Source: an uncultured virus (IMG/VR IMGVR_UViG_3300035454_002149)
Taxonomy: Duplodnaviria > Heunggongvirae > Uroviricota > Caudoviricetes
Length of the DNA: 64,000 nt
Virus record (IMG/VR): IMGVR_UViG_3300035454_002149
Strand: one strand, 5' to 3'
Shown piece after piece: positions 1 to 8,950 of the stretch. Every line of letters begins with the position of its first letter. Within the stretch, counting starts at the first letter, position 1. Made by a program: the position numbers and the translations under genes. The notes below the pieces were generated by a model, which worked only from the letters and a program-made list of their open reading frames with translations, made no database searches and was not told the origin of the DNA.

Positions 1-8
1 CATAAATA
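1..8 (+). promoter_or_regulatory. T4-type late promoter box (representative of about 20 in the window)
   Basis: CATAAATA here; TAAATA also upstream of genes at 8912, 10624, 13997, 14293, 29876, 33151, 33684, 36290, 39761, 39821, 43146, 44606, 50366, 53522, 57711, 58900, 60281, 61497, 61533 and 63292. Confidence 0.75.
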
Positions 9-14
9 TTTCCC

Positions 15-779
15 ATGCAAAATGTTGTTTTAGTCACAGGCGGCTTTGACCCATTGCACTCCGGGCACATCAAATATCTAGAATCGGCCCGAAAACTCGG
101 AGATCTTTTGATCGTTGGAGTGAACTCAGATGCCTGGCTGACCAGGAAAAAAGGGCGGGCATTTATGCCCTGGAGCGAGAGGGCAGAGATCATCCGGAAT
201 CTGCGAATGGTTGATGATGTGGTTGAATTTGACGATTGGGACGGATCCGCACGACACGCCATAAAAACCGTGCGGAATCTTTATCCACGGGCCCAGATCA
301 TCTTCGCCAATGGTGGCGATCGCACGGACAAAAATATCCCAGAAATGGACATCCGGGACGACGATCTGAGATTCGTTTTTGGTGTGGGCGGGTTTGACAA
401 AGCCAACTCCAGCAGTTGGATATTAGAAGATTGGAAATCTCCCAAAACTCTCAGACCCTGGGGGTATTATAGAGTGTTGTACGAGCATCTGGAAAGCACC
501 AAAGTCAAAGAGCTGGTAGTGGATCCCGGACAGCGACTCAGTATGCAACGGCATAAACATCGCACTGAACTTTGGTATGTAGCAGAAGGAACTGCTTCGG
601 TATTCACCCTGGGCGAAGATGGGGAAAGTGAATTTGTAGCCGACGTGCAGCAACACCAAAATCAAATGATTTTCCGAGATCGATGGCATCAGTTAGCCAA
701 TCTCAGAGATCGTCCGTTGAAGATCATAGAAATACAATACGGTGATCGGTGCATTGAGGAAGATATCGAAAGGAAATAA
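15..779 (+). CDS. Cytidylyltransferase-like nucleotidyltransferase fused to a C-terminal mannose-6-phosphate-isomerase-type cupin
   Basis: N-terminal VTGGFDPLHSGH (HxGH), GVNSD and ANGGDR motifs; C-terminal RPWG...RLSMQRHKHRTELW...IEIQYG...EEDIER cupin; CATAAATA box at 1-8. Confidence 0.85.
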   Translation: MQNVVLVTGGFDPLHSGHIKYLESARKLGDLLIVGVNSDAWLTRKKGRAFMPWSERAEIIRNLRMVDDVVEFDDWDGSARHAIKTVRNLYPRAQIIFANGGDRTDKNIPEMDIRDDDLRFVFGVGGFDKANSSSWILEDWKSPKTLRPWGYYRVLYEHLESTKVKELVVDPGQRLSMQRHKHRTELWYVAEGTASVFTLGEDGESEFVADVQQHQNQMIFRDRWHQLANLRDRPLKIIEIQYGDRCIEEDIERK

Positions 780-859
780 CTTATGTCATTTAGTTTAGGT
801 ATTGGGGGGGAAGAAACAGCTAAATGGGTCATTGCTCCCCAATATCATTGGGTATCATT

Positions 860-1870
860 ATGAAAATATTACTCCTCCTTCCCGGGAAAATGCCCAGTAG
901 TCCGTCAAAGATAGAGTGCTTCAGTGATGTCTGGATGTACTATCTCCCCACCGAGCTTAAAAAACACACACAGGTCGTACATCAACAGATCCCAACGAAC
1001 TTGTCAGAATCTGATCTTTTACGATGGTTCAACAATCTTGATGTCAAAGGATACGATGCTGTAATAGGATTGGGGTTGAGATATTTCAGCACGGTTCCTC
1101 GAAACATCGGAGAAATCCTTTTAAAGAAACTCGGTCGTCGTGGGCTATTGTGCCAGATACACGATGGCAGCAGATTAGACAACGATCCGGTAGACGTGAC
1201 TTTTACCCTCAAAGATGACTCGCATCGATATCCATTCGGCTCTGATGCCAATCGATATGTGAGGCATCGCAGCTACAATGAATATATCGGATGGGCGGCT
1301 GATCCGGCTATCAATGTTTCCAATCAATCACAACAAGATCTACGCATATTAGTAGATCACACCAATTATGGAGACAATCCCACGGACAACACTGAAAAGA
1401 TATTAGAAGATATCAAGCAATTTGTTGACAGTGGTATCTGGCGGGATCGCTGGAAATCTGTTTCTGTCAGGAGATTTGATTCAGGGGGTGCAGTTGATGT
1501 AGACCTCGACAACCCCGGTCCCGTCGAACGTTACGATCGACGGGCCATATCGTTTACCAAGATTTGTCGAGAGCACGGTGCTGCACATGTGTTTTGTGTC
1601 ACACACCCGGAGAGCGTAGGGCTAGTAGTACTAGAAACTGCTATGGCGGGTGCATTATCCGTGGTGCCGCGAGGGTTTGTTCCCCTGGATCGTTTGAACA
1701 CCGTGATCTCTGTGGAATACGATGAGCAGATTCCATGGGAACAAGTGCTAGAAAAAATCGATCCTGAAGCATCGCGAGAAGTTGCGATAAAAAATTCTTG
1801 GGAGATTGTGTGTAAACGTATCAGAGATGCCATCGCCATAAGACAGCGCATCCGGAGGATACAGAAATGA
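860..1870 (+). CDS. Putative GT-B (GT4-like) glycosyltransferase
   Basis: HPESVGLVVLETAMAG has the E-x7-E signature; MKILLL start at 860 preferred over 824. Confidence 0.6.
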   Translation: MKILLLLPGKMPSSPSKIECFSDVWMYYLPTELKKHTQVVHQQIPTNLSESDLLRWFNNLDVKGYDAVIGLGLRYFSTVPRNIGEILLKKLGRRGLLCQIHDGSRLDNDPVDVTFTLKDDSHRYPFGSDANRYVRHRSYNEYIGWAADPAINVSNQSQQDLRILVDHTNYGDNPTDNTEKILEDIKQFVDSGIWRDRWKSVSVRRFDSGGAVDVDLDNPGPVERYDRRAISFTKICREHGAAHVFCVTHPESVGLVVLETAMAGALSVVPRGFVPLDRLNTVISVEYDEQIPWEQVLEKIDPEASREVAIKNSWEIVCKRIRDAIAIRQRIRRIQK

Positions 1871-3306
1871 TCAATATAATCTGTCTCAAATGGGGCACAA
1901 AATATGGACCGGAGTATGTCAACCGATTGTTTTACGGGGTAAAGCGCAACACTACCAGATCTTTCAAGTTCCATTGTTTCACCGATGACGCCACTGGAAT
2001 CATTGCCGATGTGATCATCCACGATCTGCCTTTCAAGAATTCCTTAGAAGGATGGTGGAACAAGGTCTATCTATTCAGCAATGATCTGCCCATGTCTACA
2101 GGAGAAAAAATATTCTTTGTAGATTTAGATACACTTATCACCAACAACATTGACGGGGTGTTAGATCATGATCCACATGCCATCACTGTGCTAAGAGATT
2201 TTTATACAGGTATTGCTAAGACTGTAGTCGGGGATGACAACATCGGTTCGGGCCTAATGAGCTGGTATCATGGACAATATTTTGACATTTGGGATGACTT
2301 TATAAAAGATCCGCAGGCCGCGATCATGTCGGTACGGCCGCACGGAGATCAACGCTGGATACAAAAGAAGATCGTGGGTCGTATGTACTGGCAGGATACG
2401 TTCTCTAATCAAATAGTCAGTTTCAAAGTCCATTGCAGACAAGGGCTACCTGAGCAAGCATCTATTGTGTGCTATCATGGAACTCCTAGCATACCAGATT
2501 CTGCTACACAATCCAGTCGCTCATGGAAATTTGTGATCGATCCGCAGCCATGGGTGTTGAATCACTGGAAGGATGATGTCGTTGTGGTACCGCAGGATCA
2601 TGAAATCAAGAATATGAATCAGTACGCGGTAAGATATGTGATGTTACCTGCCCGAGAAATCTTTGGCATGGTGGGCCGCAGTGGTGGAGGTTATAATTCT
2701 ATCTGGACAGATTGGTCTGATCCAGGACGAGAAAAAAGAGAAAAGATCATGGCCGAATATGAAGCGGCACTGGACGATCTCTGTGGACACTATCGTAAAC
2801 TCGAGGAAAGTGTCCTGGCAGAAGGATTTCGCAATCCGGTAGTGATCACTTGTGGGTATCCTAAAAAGCGCAAGATAGAAAACTTACCCCCGGAAATGCG
2901 TTCTCGCAGACCCGAAGAACTGTTGTTGCTAGAGAGCAACGTAGGGGGCAGCAGATTACATGTAGCGCAGAAACACGATTTATCGATACCTTGCATCGTC
3001 AATGATTGGACTGGGCGCTTCGCAGATCGGCCCGAGATAACCACAGTTGAGGAAGCCAGGATGTGCTATCTAGATCAACCACGATCATTGGCTTTTGATC
3101 CATTGTTGGGATTGATTGAGAGTTTCGACAGGAAAAAAATAGGACACCACCTCGGCGAAGAATGGAGCGAAGATCGACTCATGCCATTGCGAGCTCCTTT
3201 ATGGGTGGGCATCATGAACAAGTATGGATATCGGGTAGAAAATCTGCCTAAGATCGTTCTGGATGTGTTGGCACAGGAAGGTGTGACCCAGGAGAGATTG
3301 GGTTAA
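1867..3306 (+). CDS. GT-A glycosyltransferase fused to a ParB/Srx-like domain
   Basis: CLKWGTKYGPEYV, GWWNK, FVDLD (DxD), HGDQ and CYHGTP motifs; C-terminal LEESVLAEGFRNPVVI...GGSRLHVAQ...IPCIV. Confidence 0.7.
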   Translation: MINIICLKWGTKYGPEYVNRLFYGVKRNTTRSFKFHCFTDDATGIIADVIIHDLPFKNSLEGWWNKVYLFSNDLPMSTGEKIFFVDLDTLITNNIDGVLDHDPHAITVLRDFYTGIAKTVVGDDNIGSGLMSWYHGQYFDIWDDFIKDPQAAIMSVRPHGDQRWIQKKIVGRMYWQDTFSNQIVSFKVHCRQGLPEQASIVCYHGTPSIPDSATQSSRSWKFVIDPQPWVLNHWKDDVVVVPQDHEIKNMNQYAVRYVMLPAREIFGMVGRSGGGYNSIWTDWSDPGREKREKIMAEYEAALDDLCGHYRKLEESVLAEGFRNPVVITCGYPKKRKIENLPPEMRSRRPEELLLLESNVGGSRLHVAQKHDLSIPCIVNDWTGRFADRPEITTVEEARMCYLDQPRSLAFDPLLGLIESFDRKKIGHHLGEEWSEDRLMPLRAPLWVGIMNKYGYRVENLPKIVLDVLAQEGVTQERLG

Positions 3307-4073
3307 TGGTCAGCGAAAGAATGGAGACTTTTGTCTATCCAAGGTAAGGTAAGGTCTCGTTGTCGCAGATATCCATGACGATTTATGCTATTGACCGCGG
3401 AATCAGATAGTAGTCCACGTTCCGCAAGATCATACCAACGTGTGGTCTTGGGATCCATTGGTTCGTGTTGACTCTTGTAGACCACAGCATGTATCCATGG
3501 ATCTGTGGGCTCTTTCAAGAAGAATCCATTCTTGCAATCCCAGCCGCTGACGGCTAGCACATGCATGAGATTGACTATAGTCCAATGCCAATACACACCG
3601 TCTCTCTGATCAAACGCCTGTGTGTTAAATTCAAGATTAGTAGTCTGGGGAACAATCAATATCATCATGCCGCCATCATTGGTCGCATCTCTCCAGTTTT
3701 TTAGTGTAGTAAAAGGATCGATAGCGTATTGGAAGCTGTCATGCGACCAAACGACATCATACTTTCGTTTTCCCACTGGAATGGGAGCTTCAAAATCTGT
3801 GGATCGATAAGAGATATTAGGATATTCTTTGACCATGGATAGGGATGGTAAATTATCAATGCCAAAGCACCTGATATCCAGTGGGCGCGGATTTTCGTCT
3901 CGCGTGGTACGTGTGGCCCACCATTCTAGATCTAGTCCAGTGCCACAACCCATGTCGATTACAGAATCGATGCTTTCCATAAAGTCGTCAAACTCGTACA
4001 ATGCTTCTAAAGTTTTTAAACTGTGTCGATGGCTTTCCTGACTAGAAATAAATGGTTTATAATCTGTACTCAT
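3303..4073 (-). CDS. Class I SAM-dependent methyltransferase
   Basis: VIDMGCGTG motif I; YDVVWSHDSFQY; GGMMILIVP. Confidence 0.85.
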   Translation of the reverse strand: MSTDYKPFISSQESHRHSLKTLEALYEFDDFMESIDSVIDMGCGTGLDLEWWATRTTRDENPRPLDIRCFGIDNLPSLSMVKEYPNISYRSTDFEAPIPVGKRKYDVVWSHDSFQYAIDPFTTLKNWRDATNDGGMMILIVPQTTNLEFNTQAFDQRDGVYWHWTIVNLMHVLAVSGWDCKNGFFLKEPTDPWIHAVVYKSQHEPMDPKTTRWYDLAERGLLSDSAVNSINRHGYLRQRDLTLPWIDKSLHSFADH

Positions 4074-4086
4074 TGAAGGCCTACCT

Positions 4087-5094
4087 TTACCCAGCGTACT
4101 TTTCTTTTACCATGGTTTTTAACCTGACGTAATTATACTGGAAACGTGGCATCAACCTCATGTTGACCGCGTCTACTCCCATCGCCTTGATGTGTTGCAT
4201 TAATTGGGATAAAGTGCTTAACATCGCATCCATCCGTGATACAGGATCTTGTATGTCATCATAACGGTGATTGTCCAATAAATCATCAAACATATCAAAT
4301 CCGAAAGTCCGTATATTTTTTACGAGCCCGGGTAATGCCCACCAAATTGGCAGTTGATGCCACGCGAAACATTTAAAAGTTTTTTCTGTGACAAAAAGGC
4401 TCCGCCAAGTATTTTCATCGACTTGACTACTAGTCTCAACTATGAGATTGATCAATGGCGAAAAAAATCTAAGATCTGTTGCACGATGTTGCTCCTCTCC
4501 AAACGTGGTTCCATCTAATAGGATAGGAATCTGGCATTGAGCATCGTCGTCCCATGCGGTATAGTTTATCATCGATGCATAACTCAGATAATAGTCATCC
4601 GGAGAAAATTTAGATCTAATTTCTCGGGCTAAAATACTGCGTTCACGGCTGCGTCGTCGCATCAAGCAGATAAACAGTCGATCACGATTTAGATCGTCCC
4701 AGTTTATAGTCAGATTATCATGATGTTGGAACCAGCCGGCATGTTCGACCATGTATGCCGGGCGTGCTATGGCGTTGACACCGATTGGGAGTTCATCAAA
4801 TGTATTGTGTCTGAACATCGCACGATCCGGGGAGAACCAGGAATATTGCGACAGTGAATCAATGACAGCACGGAATTCCCGTGCACCGTGTCCTTCGTAC
4901 ATGGTATCAAACACGATAGTACGCGACTCTAGATCCTCTATAGAGACGTTGCCGTTGCGAAGTGCAATTTCAAATTCTTCCGCCAACCCGCCATACTTGA
5001 TCTCTTTAAGGTTAAAATAACACAGCCTAACAGCAATATTTTCATCAACAACACTGATTAGTTTTTCGGAATGGCGATGCCGGGAAACGGTCAT
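4087..5094 (-). CDS. Hypothetical protein, possible glycosyltransferase-like
   Basis: Long ORF with INLIVET...FVTEKTFK...GFDMFDD motifs; ATG at 5094 overlaps the uvsY stop (ATGA). Confidence 0.5.
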   Translation of the reverse strand: MTVSRHRHSEKLISVVDENIAVRLCYFNLKEIKYGGLAEEFEIALRNGNVSIEDLESRTIVFDTMYEGHGAREFRAVIDSLSQYSWFSPDRAMFRHNTFDELPIGVNAIARPAYMVEHAGWFQHHDNLTINWDDLNRDRLFICLMRRRSRERSILAREIRSKFSPDDYYLSYASMINYTAWDDDAQCQIPILLDGTTFGEEQHRATDLRFFSPLINLIVETSSQVDENTWRSLFVTEKTFKCFAWHQLPIWWALPGLVKNIRTFGFDMFDDLLDNHRYDDIQDPVSRMDAMLSTLSQLMQHIKAMGVDAVNMRLMPRFQYNYVRLKTMVKEKYAG

Positions 5095-5549
5095 ACCTGG
5101 ATGTCTTCCATTCCGGCTGTTCTCAGCCGCACGATGTGTCCCATTTGCCACTGCTTGGTATCAAGACCTTTCATGATACCCAGCCATTTATTACGCAACA
5201 ACGCCACTTCATTGATAATGGTTTCCATATCAATGACTTCGTCCTCGCCATCCACATATTTTTCTGCGGTGCGATCGCTGAGAGATCTGGCATAATGCTC
5301 GAGATATTTCTGGAAGTGACGGCGGCGTATCTTGCGCAATTGTATATTAAGATAGTTAAGGATAGCCTCAATTTCTTGTAATTGATTAAATCTGTGTTCT
5401 GTAATACCGGGCAATTCTTTGATGTTGGTCTCAACATACCCACCGATCCGACATTCTTTCCGTGCTTCATCCAACTCTCGTTCGTAGTGCTGGATGAAAT
5501 CTGGAATGCGACCCAGATTAGCTACTACTCGACTATACCACATGATCAA
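5091..5549 (-). CDS. uvsY: UvsY-like recombination mediator
   Basis: Helical protein with KYVDGEDEV and KGLDTKQWQMGHIVRLRTAGMED C-terminus; next to uvsX. Confidence 0.8.
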   Translation of the reverse strand: MIMWYSRVVANLGRIPDFIQHYERELDEARKECRIGGYVETNIKELPGITEHRFNQLQEIEAILNYLNIQLRKIRRRHFQKYLEHYARSLSDRTAEKYVDGEDEVIDMETIINEVALLRNKWLGIMKGLDTKQWQMGHIVRLRTAGMEDIQV

Positions 5550-5791
5550 TAACTGTCGTCGTAGTCGTCTTCGTCATCTTCATCAAGATCTTCCTCTTCA
5601 AGGTCATCTAGGTAACTCTGCAATGCACGTTTGATATCGCCGTCGCCTTTGAACGAGTCGCGAATCTGTCCTGCGTCATAGTCGTTCTCGATCAATACAT
5701 TAACCAATGTATCTGCTGCATCTTCGCGATCTGATATAGCAATGTATCGTTTTAGTTCTTGCCATAGGTCGTGTGCTAAATCTACTGCCAT
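5546..5791 (-). CDS. Small acidic hypothetical protein
   Basis: 81-aa ORF with D/E-rich tail, tightly packed between uvsX and uvsY. Confidence 0.7.
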   Translation of the reverse strand: MAVDLAHDLWQELKRYIAISDREDAADTLVNVLIENDYDAGQIRDSFKGDGDIKRALQSYLDDLEEEDLDEDDEDDYDDSY

Positions 5792-5795
5792 TTTA

Positions 5796-6857
5796 TTATT
5801 CCTCCTCAGATTGGGCTTCGGTAGTACTTACCTCAGACTTCTGATTTTGGAAATCGGCCATGACTTTGTCTAGGCAACTGTCCTCGTTGCTTTCCCAGCC
5901 TTTGCGGAAATACTTGATGATCTCACCGTCGGGCGTGGTGAATGCTAGTCGATTACCATCTTTCTTGAGCATACCTTTCTTCTCAGCGAGATCAACTAAC
6001 CCGCTGTAAGGGTTCATGCCTGTTTCGTACGGGATCTTGATCTGCACACCTTCAAAAGGCTTGGCATAGCGTGTTTTCATGACTTTACAGGCAGCACGGA
6101 TACCCATAACATCAGAAATCTTGTTGCCATCCTCGTCCTCTTTGAGCTTGAGTTTTTTCATAGCGACAACGATCGAGCTTGCATAGATAAAGCCTTGGCC
6201 GCCAGAGATCTTGTCGTCGGGATCAAACATGTCTTGACTGGCATAAGTGTGATTGGTTACTACCATGCCTACGTTGTAGCTACCGAACATGTTGACACAG
6301 TTCCGCACCAATGCTGTTAGTGCCTTGGGTTTTCGACCTAGGTCACCTTTCATCTCGCCTGCTTCAAATTGATTCACGTCGGTAGGGGTCAACAACATGC
6401 CCAGGCTGTCAATCACAAACAGGATCTTGGGTCGATCTTCGGGGCTCAGTGCTTTGTAGTCGCTCATGAATGTGGCGATGGTCTTGGCCACATCGTCGAT
6501 CATGGCCATGCTCAGTTTTAACAGTTTACTTTCGCTAGTGTCTACCCCCAAAGCTTTGAGCCAGTCCTCATCTAGTGCGTTTTCACTGTCGATTAACACA
6601 ACAAAGATGCCTTGTTCCTGTGCATTTTTCACGATGTTACCGGAACAGATGTACGACTTACCTGCGCCAGATTCTCCCGCGAACACAGTAACCTTTCCCA
6701 AAGGAATGCCACGGTTAAAATCGCCGGAGATGAGATAGTTGAGAGCGTAATTGCCCGTAGAGATCCAGTCAGTGGGATCATTGAAACCGATGCTGAGTCC
6801 ATCGATTGATTTAGTGATTTCCTTGCGGAATTTTGATACATCAAAAGGTTTTGCCAT
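5796..6857 (-). CDS. uvsX: UvsX/RecA-like recombinase
   Basis: Walker A GESGAGKS; IDSENA; Walker B FVIDSLG; TNHTY; SGGQG; GAGG RBS. Confidence 0.93.
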   Translation of the reverse strand: MAKPFDVSKFRKEITKSIDGLSIGFNDPTDWISTGNYALNYLISGDFNRGIPLGKVTVFAGESGAGKSYICSGNIVKNAQEQGIFVVLIDSENALDEDWLKALGVDTSESKLLKLSMAMIDDVAKTIATFMSDYKALSPEDRPKILFVIDSLGMLLTPTDVNQFEAGEMKGDLGRKPKALTALVRNCVNMFGSYNVGMVVTNHTYASQDMFDPDDKISGGQGFIYASSIVVAMKKLKLKEDEDGNKISDVMGIRAACKVMKTRYAKPFEGVQIKIPYETGMNPYSGLVDLAEKKGMLKKDGNRLAFTTPDGEIIKYFRKGWESNEDSCLDKVMADFQNQKSEVSTTEAQSEEE

Positions 6858-6865
6858 GGTATCCT

Positions 6866-7777
6866 CTAGTCTAAAATAAGTCTGGCCGCATTGTTTTGCC
6901 TGCCATTGCTATATAACATTTTTCTATAATAAGTTAAATTTTTCTCTAAGTCAATGATATTCGCGATAGGCAATTGGGTAGATATGGGCTTCACCCCTTT
7001 TTCATTGGCCCATTGCAAAAATTCAGGGCTCCACGATCGAGTCTGGGGACGGTCTAAATTGAGTTGGAACGACCACTCTAATCTTTCATAGTTGTAATGA
7101 TCTTGGAATTCGAGATCAGTGTCCCAATACTGCCATTTATTGTAATACTGTCTTCCAACATAGGTGTATCCAAAAGATAAATTCACCCGATCCATATTAC
7201 TAACGATACTATCAATGAAAGGATTTTCGAAACCCAGCTCTGCCCACTTGTTGGTTGAGCTATACTCTCTATCGGTTGAAAAGATCGATTCGAGATTATG
7301 AACAGATTTATTGACCTGTTCATAAGCGTAGATATATCCAAGTTTATCCATGGCCTCGGCCATCTTTATGTCCCGGATTTCGTCTGGATATAGCTCATGC
7401 AACCTACTACCCAATTCCGCTTTCCTTCTGTCAGACGAAAATCTTAATTGATCTATGTTTACGATCTTATACTGGGAGTCGACCCAGACCGCATGTTGTC
7501 GATTTAAAAATTGTTGGTCCAAATAATCTATTAGATTATCATTTTGCGGAAAGGATTCGTCGCTCAACAGCCAATATATTTCATTGGTCTTTGAAAGAGC
7601 CCAATTGATGTCGTTAAGTCTTGAATCAATGTTTTTTGACAAATCATCATTGTTAAAAAATCGATTTGATCCTTGCTCTTCTGCCTGGATGATAAACCAT
7701 TTTATTAAATCTGGATTATACACCACATCAAAAGATATTACATCTTTGGTATTCTCAAATTCTAGATGGAATTTCAT
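6866..7777 (-). CDS. Hypothetical protein (AT-rich insert between gp32 and uvsX)
   Basis: 303-aa ORF, visibly more AT-rich than its neighbours; no recognised family. Confidence 0.7.
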   Translation of the reverse strand: MKFHLEFENTKDVISFDVVYNPDLIKWFIIQAEEQGSNRFFNNDDLSKNIDSRLNDINWALSKTNEIYWLLSDESFPQNDNLIDYLDQQFLNRQHAVWVDSQYKIVNIDQLRFSSDRRKAELGSRLHELYPDEIRDIKMAEAMDKLGYIYAYEQVNKSVHNLESIFSTDREYSSTNKWAELGFENPFIDSIVSNMDRVNLSFGYTYVGRQYYNKWQYWDTDLEFQDHYNYERLEWSFQLNLDRPQTRSWSPEFLQWANEKGVKPISTQLPIANIIDLEKNLTYYRKMLYSNGRQNNAARLILD

Positions 7778-7783
7778 TGAGAG

Positions 7784-7807
7784 AGAAGGAGTGTTTCCAC
7801 TCCTTCT
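7784..7807 (-). terminator. Stem-loop downstream of gp32 (possible terminator or processing site)
   Basis: AGAAGGAGTG-GAAA-CACTCCTTCT: 10-bp stem with GNRA loop; weak U tail on the minus strand. Confidence 0.55.
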
Positions 7808-7820
7808 TTTTCCTTATTTA

Positions 7821-8822
7821 CTATTTGTTTTGACGTGCGCGGATCATCGCTAAAATGTCTTGGGCATTCTGTCCGCTACCTGCGGCTGGTTTGGCCACTG
7901 GTGCGGTAGGTGCCGCAACATTATCTTCTTCATCAAAACTGCCAGCAGCTGGTGCTGCTTTTGCTACAGGGGTGACCTGGGCCGGTGCGGCTTCCTCATC
8001 TACAACGGGCGCCGATGAAGATGAAGCAGATGGAGCCGCTATGCCGGCTGGTCGGAAGTATTGACCCCAACGATCGGGATCATAAGGTTTACCGTCCACT
8101 GATGCTTCGAACATCTCTTTCATTACTTTGAGTTCGACTTCAGTGGGCTTCTTGGGCAGGAAGTCTGACAGCGTGAACAAACCGTGTGCTGCCAATGCTG
8201 CCTGCTCGGCTTCGGTCAATGCTGACTCTTTACGGCTCCACTTGGAAGTGTTGTAGTCAGCATAACCGCCTTTACCTGTTTTAGAGATACGGAAGTCCAA
8301 TCCACGCAGCAAGTCTGTGGGCAGTTCTTCCAATTCTGGATCCATCAATGCTGCTTTGATCAGTGTAAAGATCTGCGGACCGATGATGAATCTGCGGATT
8401 GGGTTTTCTGGCGTCTTGTCGTCGGCCAGTGGGTTCTCGCGGACAAAACCTTGCATGATGTAGCTGCGTTTCTTCCAATATTTGCGACCCATGTCTTCCA
8501 AGCTCTTGTCTTTGAACCAAGTGCGGACTTCGGCCAAGATCGGGCAAGCTTCGCCCCACATTTCCACGCAGGGTACTTGTACTTGTACTTGTTTCGAGTC
8601 CATTTCACCTTTGATTCCGGCAAAGGGCAATTTGATCATCGCTCGTTCGGCCCAGAAGAAAGTGTTTTTGGAATCACCGTCAGGCAGGAATCGAACTACT
8701 GCGCTCGCTCCTTCTTCCATGTTCCAGTGGGGGTAAATTGCGTTGTCGCCGCCTGATGTTTGACCGCCTTTGTTCGTCTCTGCGGCTTGGAGACGTGCGC
8801 GGATTTCTGCTAAAGATGCCAT
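7821..8822 (-). CDS. gp32: gp32-like single-stranded DNA-binding protein
   Basis: AVVRFLP, CPIL, YWKKRSY, GLDFRISK..KGGYADYNTSKW motifs; Ala/Pro-rich tail; AAAGGA RBS; next to uvsX/uvsY. Confidence 0.9.
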   Translation of the reverse strand: MASLAEIRARLQAAETNKGGQTSGGDNAIYPHWNMEEGASAVVRFLPDGDSKNTFFWAERAMIKLPFAGIKGEMDSKQVQVQVPCVEMWGEACPILAEVRTWFKDKSLEDMGRKYWKKRSYIMQGFVRENPLADDKTPENPIRRFIIGPQIFTLIKAALMDPELEELPTDLLRGLDFRISKTGKGGYADYNTSKWSRKESALTEAEQAALAAHGLFTLSDFLPKKPTEVELKVMKEMFEASVDGKPYDPDRWGQYFRPAGIAAPSASSSSAPVVDEEAAPAQVTPVAKAAPAAGSFDEEDNVAAPTAPVAKPAAGSGQNAQDILAMIRARQNK

Positions 8823-8897
8823 AGTATGATTGTCCTTTCGTTGCCTATGTTTACTTCTTGCCTAGTGTACTACTTGCCTAAAACGTACACTGATTAC

Positions 8898-8927
8898 AGT
8901 ATACGTGCTTCTATTTAGCAAAGTCAA
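8898..8927 (-). promoter_or_regulatory. Sigma70-like promoter with a nested late box, upstream of gp32
   Basis: TTGACT (8927-8922), 18 nt, TATACT (8903-8898); GCTAAATA lies inside the spacer. Confidence 0.6.
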
Positions 8928-8950
8928 TGAAACTTTGCGATTTTCTTTGC

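Noticed and set aside
804..823. G7 slippage fusing the micro-ORF to the GT gene
   Set aside because: The GT frame has a TAA at 821-823, so no fusion protein can form.
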